Below are positions 25,119-38,206 of a stretch of 64,000 nucleotides of DNA, in pieces. Every line of letters begins with the position of its first letter. Position 1 is the first letter of the stretch. Where the stretch lies: positions 7,068,001 to 7,132,000 of the forward strand of contig OZ249440.1 of the NCBI GenBank assembly GCA_965235115.1, written 5' to 3'. The position numbers and the translations under genes were made by a program. This DNA is from Laetmonice hystrix (taxonomy: Eukaryota). Below the pieces are notes generated by a model that made no database searches, was not told where the DNA came from, and saw only the letters and a program-made list of their open reading frames with translations.

Positions 25119-25574
25119 GTCAGTGGTGTGGGTTGATCGTGGTCTCGAGAACCGGAGAATCATCTCTATACCTGTACTCTGGCAGATCTACGTCGTCAGT
25201 GGTGTGGTTCGACCGTGGTCTCGAGAACCGGAGAATCATCTCTATACCTGTACTCTGGCAGATCTACGTCGTCAGTGGTGTGGTTCGACCGTGGTCTCGA
25301 GAACCGGAGAATCATCTCTACACCTGTACTCTGGCAGATCTACGTCGTCAGTGGTGTGGTTCGACCGTGGTCTCTAGAACCGGAGAATCATCTCTACACC
25401 TGTACTCTGGCAGATCTACGTCGTCAGTGGTGTGGTTCGACCGTGGTCTCTAGAACCGGAGAATCATCTCTACACCTGTACTCTGGCAGATCTACGTCGT
25501 CAGTGGTGTGGTTCGACCGTGGTCTCTAGAACCGGAGAATCATCTCTACACCTGTACTCTGGCAGATCTACGTC
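25119..25574. repeat. Minisatellite, 76-bp unit, 6 copies
   Basis: Unit gtcagtggtgtggttcgaccgtggtctc(g/t)agaaccggagaatcatctcta(t/c)acctgtactctggcagatctacgtc. Confidence 0.95.
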
Positions 25575-26107
25575 TGCTTACTGGTCTCTTTACGTGTACT
25601 TAACACCATGGTCTGACGTCATCGATAATCGAGGCGCTCTCTGCGTGTCTATCAGAGAACCCTGTATACGGTAAGCTGTAGGACAGGGGTGGGGCAGAGT
25701 TACACAGATATCAAATATGAACGGGATTTGTATTCTATAAAAACTACATGTGCGTGTGTTGTTTTAAAAAAGGACATTGTATGTATGATCGGCCGAAGGT
25801 TGAGAGAATATGTATGAGCTGGGCCATTGCATGATTAAAAGCTTCCGGCCCGCATTCATGCATGTATAAACTTCGATTTCGTGGCCGATTCATATGTATA
25901 CTAAAAAAGTCCTACAAAGTGTAGAAAATGTTGACATGAACCAATGCTCGACGACTGTACAGTCGTTTGTTCTATGCCTGGTGTATCGATGGAATGTCTG
26001 CCCTTGGGTTGTGGTGTATCAGATCTTACACATCACATGTAGACAAGGCTATTCCTGAGGATGAAACCAATGAATGCCAGCTCCTTCTCGTGGGAATCAA
26101 CCCATGC

Positions 26108-26276
26108 CAGGGGAGGGTGGGGGCCAGGGGAGGGCGGGGGCCAGGGAGGGCGGGTGACAGAGGAGGGCGGGTGACAGGGGAGGGCGGGTGACAGGGGAGG
26201 GTGGCGGGCCAGGGGAGGGTGGGTGACAGGGAAGGGCGGGTGACAGGGGAGGGCGGGGGGGGGGGGGGGGGGGGCA
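26108..26276. repeat. G-rich ~19-bp repeat (gggcgggtgacaggggag-like) ending in poly-G
   Basis: Directly visible, with many GGG tracts. Confidence 0.85.
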
Positions 26277-27419
26277 AAGGTTCATGCATGTTGAAACACT
26301 AAATTGCCAAACATTTTAATTTCGGCTTTAGTGTGAACAGGGTATACGACCCAGGTTTACATTCGTATCCTCTCCGAACTTCCAACCATGAATGGGATCA
26401 GGGCAATTACTTCTGACGGGTTTGAAATTAGATTGAGAAAATTATACGATCTAAATCTCAATGAAATCTGCTTCCCGTGGTCCGCGTGTTGTAGACAGTT
26501 GGTTTGGTGTTTAATGTGAAGAGATTTCAACAAAAGTAGTTATGTAGGCGACAAAACAGACTGTCTCAAAGGTTACTCCGTTCTATATCAGACCGGGGTG
26601 CCCCCTTTTTGAACCTCTGTAACCGTTGGTCCACAGACCGAATTTACAGTCGATTTTGTGAGCCAGATTTGTCCGTTTCTGCATACACTGGACGATTCTG
26701 TTGCCGACATCACACGACGACGACCAAAGCTGGTGCACTGGCTAAATACAGAGGGCGCTATAAGCGTCGGGTAACATGCCATATGTTGCGGCCAAATCTG
26801 TTTAGGCCATGCTCCACCCTGTAAACGTTCCAGAACATTTGATGGCTGATCCAAATACTCAGAGACAATGTGTCACTGGCGCGTGCCGCATTGAAAATCC
26901 TGATGTCAGGCCGGTTTGCGGCACCGCCAGCGATTGGCGCGAGTGGCGCAAACTGACATGAAAATGTCCCCAATTATCGCTCTATCTGTCGCGCACTCGT
27001 GTCTGTGGACACGAATCGGTTCCCATAAACTGACACCCGTAATCACCACACACGTTGCTTGTGTTCGAAATAATCAAAGGTCAGTGCACGGATCCGCTCG
27101 CCGTATATCGAGCCGTCTCTCACCACTTCTCCAGAGTTGAATTGAAATTGGCACACGTTGCCAGTTGGTAATCGTTTTCGCCCCCGAGCGTTCTTCACAT
27201 TTGTCGCAGCACAATAGCGGTGGTTGTGACGGAAATTCACCGGCAAGCCATACTCGGCCATCAGCGGGGTTGTAAAGAGAAATGGCCGGTGGCATCAAAT
27301 AGATCCGGAATGATCCTCATTTAGCTTGTAGTTATTGGGGTGGTAATCATTATATCATTCAATACCGTCCTCCAACATTCAGATCATTACAGAAGCTCGG
27401 GGGAAGGCTGTAGTAAGGC

Positions 27420-30068
27420 GTCTCTATATGCGGGTTGATCTAGGAGATTGTTCTGATGACGGGAGACTTGAGAATCATCCAGTCAGTAGTCTCTATATGC
27501 GGGTTGATCTAGGAGATTGTTCTGATGACGGGAGACTTGAGAATCATTCAGTCAGTATATATGCGGGTTGATCTAGGAGATTGTTCTGATGACGGGAGAC
27601 TTGAGGATCATCCAGTCAGTAGTCTCTATATGCTGGTTGATCTAGGAGATTGTTCTGATGACGGGAGACTTGAGAATCATCCAGTCAGTAGTATCTATAT
27701 GCGGGTTGATCTAGGAGATTGTTCTGATGACGGGAGACTTGAGGATCATCCAGTCAGTAGTCTCTATATGCGGGTTGATCTAGGAGATTGTTCTGATGAC
27801 GGGAGACTTGAGAATCATCCAGTCAGTAGTCTCTATATGCGGGTTGATCTAGGAGATTGTTCTGATGACGGGAGACTTGAGTATCATCCAGTCAGTAGTC
27901 TCTATATGCGGGTTGATCTAGGAGATTGTTCTGATGACGGGAGACTTGAGAATCATCCAGTCAGTATATACGGGTTGATCTAGGAGATTGATGACGGGAG
28001 ACTTGAGTATCATCCAGTCAGTAGTCTCTATATGCGGGTTGATCTAGGAGATTGTTCTGATGACGGGAGACTTGAGGATCACCCAGTCAGTAGTCTCTAT
28101 ATGCGGGTTGATCTAGGAGATTGTTCTGATGACGGGAGACTTGAGTATCATCCAGTCAGTAGTCTCTATATGCGGGTTGATCTAGGAGATTGTTCTGATG
28201 ACGGGAGACTTGAGAATCATCCAGTCAGTAGTCTCTATATGCGGGTTGATCTAGGAGATTGTTCTGATGACGGGAGACTTGAGTATCATCCAGTCAGTAG
28301 TCTCTATATGCGGGTTGATCTAGGAGATTGTTCTGATGACGGGAGACTTGAGAATCATCCAGTCAGTATATACGGGTTGATCTAGGAGATTGATGACGGG
28401 AGACTTGAGTATCATCCAGTCAGTAGTCTCTATATGCGGGTTGATCTAGGAGATTGTTCTGATGACGGGAGACTTGAGGATCACCCAGTCAGTAGTCTCT
28501 ATATGCGGGTTGATCTAGGAGATTGATGACGGGAGACTTGAGGATCATCCAGTCAGTAGTCTCTATATGCGGGTTGATCTAGGAGATTGTTCTGATGACG
28601 GGAGACTTGAGTATCATCCAGTCAGTAGTCTCTATATGCGGGTTGATTTAGGAGATTGTTCTGATGACGGGAGACTTGAGTATCATCCAGTCAGTAGTCT
28701 CTATATGCGGGTTGATCTAGGAGATTGTTCTGATGACGGGAGACTTGAGAATCATCCAGTCAGTAGTCTCTATATGCGGGTTGATCTAGGAGCTTGTTCT
28801 GATAACGGGAGACTTGAGGATCATCCAGTCAGTAGTCTCTATATGCGGGTTGATCTAGGAGATTGTTCTGATGACGGGAGACTTGAGTATCATCCAGTCA
28901 GTAGTCTCTATATGCGGGTTGATCTAGGAGATTGTTCTGATGACGGGAGACTTGAGGATCACCCAGTCAGTAGTCTCTATATGCGAGTTGATCTAGGAGA
29001 TTGTTCTGATGACGGGAGACTTGAGGATCACCCAGTCAGTAGTCTCTATATGCGGGTTGATCTAGGAGATTGTTTTGATGACGGGAGACTTGAGAATCAT
29101 CCAGTCAGTAGTCTCTATATGCGGGTTGATCTAGGAGATTGTTCTGATGACGGGAGACTTGAGGATCATCCAGTCAGTAGTCTCTATATGCGGGTTGATC
29201 TAGGAGATTGATGACGGGAGACTTGAGAATCATCCAATCAGTAGTCTCTATATGCGGGTTGATCTAGGAGATTGTTTTGATGACGGGAGACTTGAGGATC
29301 ATCCAGTCAGTAGTCTCTATATGCGGGTTGATCTAGGAGATTGTTCTGATGACGGGAGACTTGAGTATCATCCAGTCAGTAGTCTCTATATGCGGGTTGA
29401 TCTAGGAGATTGATGACGGGAGACTTGAGAATCATCCAGTCAGTAGTCTCTATATGCGGGTTGATCTAGGAGATTGTTCTGATGACGGGAGACTTGAGTA
29501 TCATCCAGTCAGTAGTCTCTATATGCGGGTTGATCTAGGAGATTGTTCTGATGACGGGAGACTTGAGAATCATCCAGTCAGTAGTCTCTATATGCGGGTT
29601 GATCTAGGAGATTGTTCTGATGACGGGAGACTTGAGTATCATCCAGTCAGTAGTCTCTATATGCGGGTTGATCTAGGAGATTGTTCTGATGACGGGAGAC
29701 TTGAGGATCATCCAGTCAGTAGTCTCTATATGCGGGTTGATCTAGGAGATTGTTCTGATGACGGGAGACTTGAGTATCATCCAGTCAGTAGTCTCTATAT
29801 GCGGGTTGATCTAGGAGATTGTTCTGATGACGGGAGACTTGAGTATCATCCAGTCAGTAGTCTCTATATGCGGGTTGATCTAGGAGATTGTTCTGATGAC
29901 GGGAGACTTGAGGATCATCCAGTCAGTAGTCTCTATATGCGGGTTGATCTAGGAGATTGTTCTGATGACGGGAGACTTGAGGATCATCCAGTCAGTAGTC
30001 TCTATATGCGGGTTGATCTAGGAGATTGTCCTGATGACGGGAGACTTGAGGATCATCCAGTCAGTAGT
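27420..30068. repeat. Minisatellite, 69-bp unit, ~39 copies
   Basis: Unit atgcgggttgatctaggagattgttctgatgacgggagacttgag(a/g/t)atcatccagtcagtagtctctat; explains the MRVDLGDCSDDGRLE ORFs. Confidence 0.97.
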
Positions 30069-32929
30069 GGCAGAAGAACCCATGACAAATCCGGGGTATG
30101 GGAGTGGGGTCGGTAAGCGTCGGGCCTAATAGATAGCTGTGTTTATTGATCCCTAAAACTATTAGCAAATGGCTGACGTTCCTGTGCGTGCCAATCGACT
30201 CTGATGATCGGCGTTTAGCTTCCTGATCGACACTTGTCACGATCGGCACGGCCTTCGATCGGTGAGAATTAGGTCAGATGAGATCAATAGCCTCTAAAAG
30301 TCCCTGTCCACCTCCCATTGAACACCCACGGAGACCACCAGACCTCCCGGCACACGTTCGTAGGTTAGACAGAAAGTTAACATGAGGCGATGTATGGTCA
30401 GAACAGGGGTTCCCTTCCCCCTTCCAGCCATACTATACAGCTGCAGGAGTTTTCATCCTGAGTTATAAGATCTGTCAATAAATAAATAAAATGTAGCTCT
30501 TTCAATAATATCGATAGATAACATTTGGGGGTGCCAATGTGACTAACCCCCTCTCCCACAATGGAGCCCCTGTTTTTCTGTTCTATTGTTATCCAGATGA
30601 CGTCATTGTAAAATTCATTAAATGGTGAACACTTCAGTGGGGTTTCACACCCTGTTGTGAAGAAAGAGAAAAATAGTCCACTGCATGGCGGCGAATTGTA
30701 TAAGTTCGACATAAAGAATCGATCAACGTTCCTGTATCGTACATACTCGGGGTTGAGTGGTTACAGATCAAGTATTCAGATTCGACAAAACTTCATTGAT
30801 TACCACCACCGGCACTTGTAAACCGTACAAGTCATACACAAGTAATGGATATCATGTTGTGTATATATCACAAGTAGTAAATCAATACTAAAATCACGAA
30901 GAGATTTACGTTTACTAATCAAATCTATATCAATTGGTGCACACAGGAGAGCATATTATATGATTATATATTTGCATATTCTGGTTATATTAATTCCCAC
31001 TCCAATTTGCCGCATTAAACAACACATGGTAGCCTTATTCCCACTCCAATCCTGCCTCATTAAACAACGCGTGCTGGTCGTATATATCCAATTATTTCAC
31101 ATGGAACTGCTTGAGCACATTGAGACATTCCGACTTCAGGCAATTGATGTAAAAATAATCGAAGGACGAACTATACATATCTGATATAGCTTGCCATTGG
31201 AAGGAATTTTCTTGGATGTGCGTCACGTCGGAATATCAGCGTCCGTCGCCGACATCTGGCAGACGATTCTTATTGCACCAAGCTGAGCTCGCCTCCTCGC
31301 TCCGAGCCTCATTCTCGTGATTTACGATTCAGCCGTCTGTGTTAATTGCAGACAGCGTCTGTTTCATAGAACGCTAGCTTTAATTAAGTAGTGTTGACAT
31401 TTCAATTTGTCCGATGTGATAGAGATGTGGGAATAATTGCTATGTTTTCTTTTGTATTTGGACCTGGAAACCCTCTCTCTCCTATCTCTCTTATTTTCCT
31501 GTCGCCTGATTGTAATTCGCATTCAACACAATGCTGTTGAAGTATGTAGGGCAATATTTGATGTTCCTTGCCTTAATAGAAAAGTCTAATAAGCTAAGCC
31601 TGTCGAATGGATATGGCGTTGTCGTCTGCTAAGAAATATTGGTTTCACTAGGAGTATTTTCTTACTGCTTGAGTTAGGTTCTGTAATAGCTTTAGTATCC
31701 TCACCACCTCTTATCAGTAATATAATAGAGATAACATCATGAGATTCCCCACAAGCTGTTTTGATACGTATCGTATCGGCAGCATTTACCCTCAGCGCCG
31801 TCCTCGGTGGTGAGTCGGGGAAGAAACCCATGCGATCAGGACTGTGCATGTCGTGGGTGAGTTACAGCACTTCCCTTTCTGTAAATAGTTCTGGGGTGGT
31901 AAGGCTGTGTGGTTGGCAGCCGTTTGACATTCCAGGCCAATTAAGCTGAAGGTTGGTGACACGCCCTGCATTCTAAACGTTGTATACCTCCTTGTGTCTA
32001 AAGTTGTATAGTATAGGTGTATACCAGTAACAGGCGTGTATGCACGTCATGCACGGAGCGATGGGAGGGGTGGTGGGGAGGGGTAGGGGGTAAAGATACC
32101 ACGTATAGCTTCCAGAACACCCGCAAATGGTAACATTTGACAGGTTGTGATAAGAGAATGGACCTGACGTCGGGGTCAGGCGGCGTTACAAACCCTTGCG
32201 TAATTAAATGGGATAAGTCTGACACATGTGCCTGCGTGTGTTCATTTATATCCGCTCATAATGATAGAATTATAGGCCCACGGGGTTTCCCCGAGATAAT
32301 GCATGTCAAATGGCCATATTAAGGCACAGGGCCTGCACTATCGCCAATGAATGCCTCTACAAATCTCTGGTTTTTCTTAAGCGTGTTTACCTTTTGCCAC
32401 ATCTGTTAAACCCTACCTCTAGAACATCAGTGACATGATATGTCATATTACCCGAACCTAAAGTAAATGGATATAGAACACATGCTACTTACACGCACTT
32501 TACAATATTACAAAAAATTAATCATATATGTAAAGAATAAAGTGCCCTTTTATAGAGTAAAGTCTTAAATGATTATGGTACAGAAGCTATATATTTTTCA
32601 TGCCTTTGCCAGCGAGTACCCGCGGATGCACATTTGTGAAGCTAAGATTTGCCACTCATTCTATCCACATAAAACAACTACCCGGAATAGAACTGAATAT
32701 ATTTATGACGAAGAATGTATTGGATGAACACAGGTGCAACAAAGCACGTTTTATCCTGAATACCACAACACACACATGCACACTGTACCTTTTATAGGGG
32801 GAACTCATGCTCAATTAGTCTCAAATATAAAGTAAGAGAAAATATGACTGACTCTATAAAAATGTTATCTTTATCAAACTAAATTATTGTTATATCAGAT
32901 TAAGTGTTGAGTGAATGAAGTAAACTTAC

Positions 32930-33458
32930 CGTCGATAGCGGGAGGGGAGTCGGCTGTGGTCACGTCCACGGGGCTGTCGGTGTCCGCCCGGCTTGGAGCC
33001 CGGTAGACCGTCAGGTGGTTGGGCGGACTGCGGGCGGCCGGACTCCCACCATGCCCGTTCTCCTCTACCACAGACCCCCGGCACGTCTCGTGCCGGGACC
33101 GGTCGCTGGACCGTCCGGGGGTGGTAGCCGGTAGACCGTTGTGGTAGGCGGCCGGGAGAGGAGGCGGCGGCGACCGGTGGTAGCGGGAGTAGGACCCGTT
33201 ACTGGGTAGGTCAGTCGGGTGGTCGGCCCCCGGCCCTCGGTACTCCAACTCCCGGAGCGGTCCTCCGTTTGTTGTGGCGGCCACCCTGGAGGGCGGACTG
33301 ACGGGATGGTCCGGAGAGTGTTCGCATGGCAGGCCCAGGATGTCGGCGATGAGGTGTGGGGTCGGGTTGTGGGGTGGCTTCTCATAGATATGAGGATGCC
33401 ATGTCCTTGGGGCCGTGAAAAGTTTATGTCGGCCCGGGAACCCCGTCCCGTGCTGCAT
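32930..33458 (-). CDS. NK7: NK7 homeobox gene, coding exon 1 (MQHGTGF...SPPAID|G)
   Basis: First in-frame ATG at 33458; the track's 'M' at 33467 is GTG, and there is an in-frame TAG at 33507-33509. Encodes WHPHIYEKPPHNPTPHLIADILG (eh1/TN-like) and Pro/Ser-rich sequence. Ends at a canonical donor G|GTAAGT (32930/32929), phase 1, matching the exon 2 acceptor phase (G+AT = Asp). Confidence 0.85.
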
Positions 33459-33843
33459 GATCTCCACCTCCAGTCTAATGCCGCGCGGGGTCGAAATGTA
33501 GAGAAACTAACGCCGCCCTCAGAGACAGTCGTCACTGCGACCTCTCTGGTCCGGCTCTGGTATAGTGTTGAGATGAGTGGTGGTGGTGTTTGAGATCACT
33601 CTGACCTGATCCGGCTGGCTATTAAAGCAGCCTCACCCTTCACTGCACCTTGTCACGCATGCATGTTGGCGATAGCTGATCAACACGCACAACGCGCGTG
33701 CGTATGCAAAACCGCCCCGACACAATAGTCAGGCAATTGAGAAATAAGGCCGTAAATTAAAGTTTCCCCACTCTCCGCCTCTTGGTATTCGATTTATCGT
33801 AACTGCATTTGTCACGTTTGCCGAATAATGTGAAGTGGCCTGA

Positions 33844-33850
33844 TTTTATA
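33844..33850 (-). promoter_or_regulatory. Candidate TATA box for NK7 (TATAAAA on minus, within palindromic TTTTATAAAA)
   Basis: Lies about 390 bp upstream of the ATG in a CpG-rich, motif-rich region. No transcript data, so this is positional inference only. Confidence 0.25.
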
Positions 33851-34782
33851 AAAAGTCCATGTCATTAATGTAATCTGTGCAGGGTTTGACGGCAGAATGA
33901 GTGGGTGAGGTAGGGAGGGCTGGCTGGCAGGGAGGCTGGCCTTTAAACGTTGACACCGTACGCCGATCACGACAAGCCTTTGTTCGCCAGGTTGATCCCG
34001 ACTGACAGCCAGTCGCCGCCACGTGGTCGGCTGCCCGTCGTCACTTGTCTTCCTTCAGTCGTGATCGTCTCATTCGTCATCAGTCGGCCATGGCTGCAGT
34101 CCCCGCTCCCTGGCGGCGAGCAGTCGTTATTATTCACGACCCAATCAATGTAATATGGGCGCTGGTCTAACACGTGGTGTGAGCCCGTCCCTCCAGGCCG
34201 TGGTCGGTGGTAGGTCTGGGTACATCTACAAGTAACACTTCACCAGTCCACGTGGTCGCAGCTCCATCCAATCCAACCAAACCTGTCACACTGCTCGCTA
34301 CAGATGGCGTTCCGGGAGCAATCTATTGACGAGCTGGGGATAGTTGTTTGTATTGGAATCCGTCCTTTTATCGTAAGTGGTGATGCCGAGCCAGTGCTGT
34401 GAATACAAAGATGTAAGGCGGTCTCCGTGACTTGTCTTGTTTCTTCACTCAGCCCACAATTCTGTAGTGGCGAGCCGTCATGGCATCTAACAGTTCCCGG
34501 GTCCCTTGGTCCAGTTTGTATTCAATGACGCGACCCGTGCTCCAGCCGATCTGCCCATCTACTGACTGCTAATCGTAAATTGTCGTTGTCGTATCCGTCA
34601 CTGTGGAATGTAATATCGTGAAAGCCCTGACCGCGCCTGCCCGACGCCTGCTCGACGCAAGTGCCAAGTGGCACAATGGCAGGAGCAGCAGAGGAAGGCG
34701 CACGACCGCGGCGTGCACCCAGATCGGCTCGCTCACGTGCACGCTGATGACGAGGACGCAGCCAGCTGTAGCACCGAGGCTT

Positions 34783-34783
<1 letters not shown>

Positions 34784-34834
<51 letters not shown>
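34784..34834. repeat. (CAG)17 microsatellite ~1.3 kb upstream of the NK7 ATG
   Basis: Pure tract inside a CAG/GCA-rich segment. Confidence 0.97.
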
Positions 34835-34837
<3 letters not shown>

Positions 34838-35617
34838 AAGAAGGGAGCGAATGTAGCAGTGGCGGTGGCAGTGGCAGCATCAGCTACAGCAGCTGCGGCA
34901 TTACTACCACAATGACTCCCATCCGAAGGGCACTGTGCACTTTATAGGCTCGGGTAAAATACTAAGGGCTCGTATGGATGGCGAGATGGATAGATGTCAA
35001 TCGGTCGGTCGCCAACTCGCCTAGTGGCGGCGGCCGGAACTAACCAACACATCTATTGACCTCGCCAGTTGAAGGAGCGCGTACAGAGCAATTGTGACGG
35101 GAGGTCTATGGACGTGCGTGTCGTGTAGTATCATTGCTTCGTAATGGATGGAAAGGCTGAGGCCGTTCGCAAAAGGCAGACTGGCGGCCCCTCAATTACT
35201 GGAGCGTCGCTGGCCGCGGCCTCCCGCGCTCCCAACGGTCGTGTACAGCCAATTGCGGCCGCGTTATGCGGCGCGTTAGTCAAATCAATACGCAGATCGG
35301 GCGTTTGATAAGTCTAATTAAGGAGTCACTGCCGGGCTGGGCCGGGCAATCGACCTCGGTACCGGAGACGGCACCGTTCGGGCCAGTTCTTATAAAAGGC
35401 TCCAACCTTGCCAGTCCCCTTAGAATCCCACATAAACAAGCTTACCATAACCTGTATTAGCGGGGCGACTTGTCAGGGCAGGGAGGGGGAGGACTGGCAC
35501 GCTGAACTGGGGTCGGCTTTCTTCATGGTAAATTGAAATAAGTGTCATGATAGCAGAACATATGAATGAGACTTCGATCTAATGGTGCATGGCCCTTGGA
35601 GGAGGGATGTGTGGTGA

Positions 35618-35844
35618 TAGGTGGGGGTCGGGTGGGGTGCGGTAGGTATGGGTGGGGGTGCGGTAGGTATGGGTGGGTGGGGGTGGGTGGGGGTGCGGTA
35701 GGTATGGGTGGGTGGGGGTCGGGTGGGGTGCGGTAGGTATGGGTGGGTGGGTTTGCGGTAGTTATGGGTGGGTGGGGGTGCGGTAGGTATGGGTGGGTGG
35801 GGGTGCGGTAGGTATGGGGGTGGGGGTACGGTAGGTATGGGTGG
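35618..35844. repeat. G-rich ~21-30-bp repeat (gggtgggggtgcggtaggtat)
   Basis: Directly visible. Confidence 0.85.
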
Positions 35845-36304
35845 GCGGGCGTACACTTGATGGATTAAAACATATATTGTTAAAGCAAGAGGGGGTGGCG
35901 ATAGGTCTAGCTCAGTGAAGCCAGTATTACTAATATTGCCATCTCTCTCACTTTATCATGCTGTCCGGGAGGCGGGGGGCGGGTGTCCATGTGAATGGCT
36001 ATTAGGGGGACAGGTCACGTGATGTCTGTTAGTGAGAGAGGCCATTCGATGCGTGTAGAGTCAGTTTCCAGGAGTCCTCAGCCGATATATTGGTTATCCA
36101 TAAGTTGTTATTGCATATCGCTATGGCGACGAGATGTAGATCTGAAGCATTTTGGTGCGCTATAACGGGGCTAAATGTAATCTGTGCCTCTTGAACGAGT
36201 CGGCGCTAGCTCAGCCAGACCTTTAGCGGTGTTTGCCGACGTTATGGACTCGGCAGCTTGCAATCCGAGTCTGCTTCCATCACATGAATTATGAACATCT
36301 TTAA

Positions 36305-37009
36305 ATGGAAATCAGCGCCGTAAAATGTAAACTGGGGCAACTCCAAGATAAAATATGCCCTGGAAAACATGGAAATCAGCGCCGTAAAATGTAAACTGGG
36401 GCAACTCCAAGATAAAATATGCCCTGGAAAAATGGAAATCAGCGCCGTAAAATGTAAACTGGGGCAATTCCAAGATAAAAAATATGCCCTGGAAAACATG
36501 GAAATCAGTGCCGTAAATTGTAAACTGGGGCAACTCCAAGATAAAAAATATGCCCTGGGAAAAATGGAAATCAGCGCCGTAAAATGTAAACTGGGGCAAC
36601 TCCAAAATGAAAATGCCATGGAAAAATGGAAATCAGCGCCGTAAAATGTAAACTTGGGCAACTTCAAGATGAAATATGCCCTGGAAAACAAGGAAATCAG
36701 CGCCGTAAAATGTAAACTGGGGCAACTCCAAGATAACATATGCCCTGAAAAACATGGAAATCGGCGCCGTAAAATGTAAACTGGGGCAACTCCAAGATAA
36801 AATATGCCCTGTAAAACATGGAAATCAGCGCCGTATAATGTAAACTGGGGCAACTCCAAGATGAAATATGCCCTGGAAAACATGGAAATCAGCGCCGTAA
36901 AATGTAAACTATAGGGCAACTCCAAGATAAAATATGGCCTGGAAAACATGGAAATCAGCGCCGTAAAATGTAAACTGGGGCAACTCCAAGATGAAATATG
37001 CCCTGGAAA
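36305..37009. repeat. Minisatellite, ~64-bp unit, ~11 copies
   Basis: Unit atggaaatcagcgccgtaaaatgtaaactggggcaactccaagataaaatatgccctggaaaac, with small indels. Confidence 0.95.
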
Positions 37010-38206
37010 CCACATGTCGGCGTATATGGGTGGGGGACTGTGTAGACATTACACTGAGAGCGCTTTTGATATCTCCGATCATCGTCCACTATCATGTATT
37101 TAATGGACATTGGCAGAGTCTGGATCGCTTCCTTCAGCCTGGAGGGGGTGGGGGTCGAGGGCTCAGTAACTTAGCTTGATCCTTGCTGTTTTAATAGACA
37201 TGTCGCGTTGAGCGTTGGCGCAGGTCGTGTTGGATTTCACACACCATCGCCGGAGCGTCTAGGATACGTCGTGGAGATCGACTGGTGCTCGGCCGTGCCT
37301 TTAACTGGTAGTCAGGTCTGTCTAATGGCCCTAATATGATGGCTTGTGGACCACATGGCTGTCGACAGGCACCAGCCAAAGCCAAGGCACGCTCGAGCTG
37401 GCCCCATCCTAAATTGTCGACAGTACCTTTATTGCCTTCTCTGGATACTTTACGCTGCATCAAAATACAATTTTCAGCTGACGCTGACTGGTGGTCGTTT
37501 AGTGTCTAACAGATCCATTCATATAAGCCGACCTGACTGCCTATCGAACCGGCGGGTAGAATAGATTGTTCGGGGGGTTCTCTAGGTGCAGTGGAGCGAT
37601 GGGGCGCGGGGAAGGGGGTGTGGGGGCACGAGGGGGTGGGGAGAGGGGGCCAATCTGAGTCACGTACGAGAGGGTGATTGGCGAGGTTATCCACCTAACC
37701 ACGGGAGATCATACAGGAGAGAATAACCTGATGGATGTTACGATCGTCTTTATAATTTCTTTGATTGCGTTTGCTGAAAACTCTCCGGCTTACAATCAGC
37801 ATGTGAGACAATGGTCCAATTACAGCTTTTACAGATACCTCAAGCAATTTTTATTGGTAGATACGAGGATATATAGGCAGAATCACAATGACCCCGAAGG
37901 AGGTCCAAGGACATCTTATAAAAAGATTGATTCCTTGCTGTCATGCATACACATAACTTTCCTTGGCTATGCCACAAAGAAAGGCGCGGTTCTCCCGATG
38001 TCTCTGAAAGGCGGCGCTCTAAGATTGGAAGATCGCGTTTCTATAACCGACAATAGCCCCATGGTTTATCATCAGATCATAGATATTCTACCTTCAAACT
38101 TAGTTATATCCAGTATACATGTATCTGGAGATATGTCGTTGATATTATGTCCCACTCCGACCCAAACTAATCCATGGCTATTGGTATAGCTCAAACCGAG
38201 ACCTGC

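Larger units (their letters stand above)
16838..32929 (-). other. NK7 intron 1 (16.1 kb, phase 1; minisatellite-rich)
   Basis: GTAAGT...CCACAG boundaries with consistent phase. Small undetected internal exons cannot be excluded. Confidence 0.8.

Noticed and set aside
27420-30068. Hammerhead ribozyme in the 69-bp unit (CTGATGA), or in the 77-bp unit (CGATGAG plus hairpins)
   Set aside because: There is no stem II followed by GAAA in the 69-mer, and the 77-mer lacks both the CUGANGA core and a correctly placed GAAA.
27525-30116. Repeat-protein genes from periodic ORFs (also 1834-2301, 6570-7688, 18095-18498, 25117-25674, 36242-37015, 62687-63697)
   Set aside because: They are translations of minisatellites. 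Most unit lengths are not multiples of three or are broken by frameshifting indels, variation is not synonymous-biased, and there is no exon context.
34569-34880. Poly-Ala ORF as an upstream NK7 coding exon
   Set aside because: Its best donor (C|GTGAGC at 34737/34736) is phase 0, whereas the only plausible acceptor before the ATG (ttag| at 33475/33474) needs phase 2. The poly-Ala is simply the CAG tract. A non-coding upstream exon remains possible.
37674-38189. 171-aa unique-sequence ORF on +
   Set aside because: It has a GTG start, no recognisable domain or splice context, and average composition. One ORF this long in 64 kb is plausible by chance; BLASTP would settle it.
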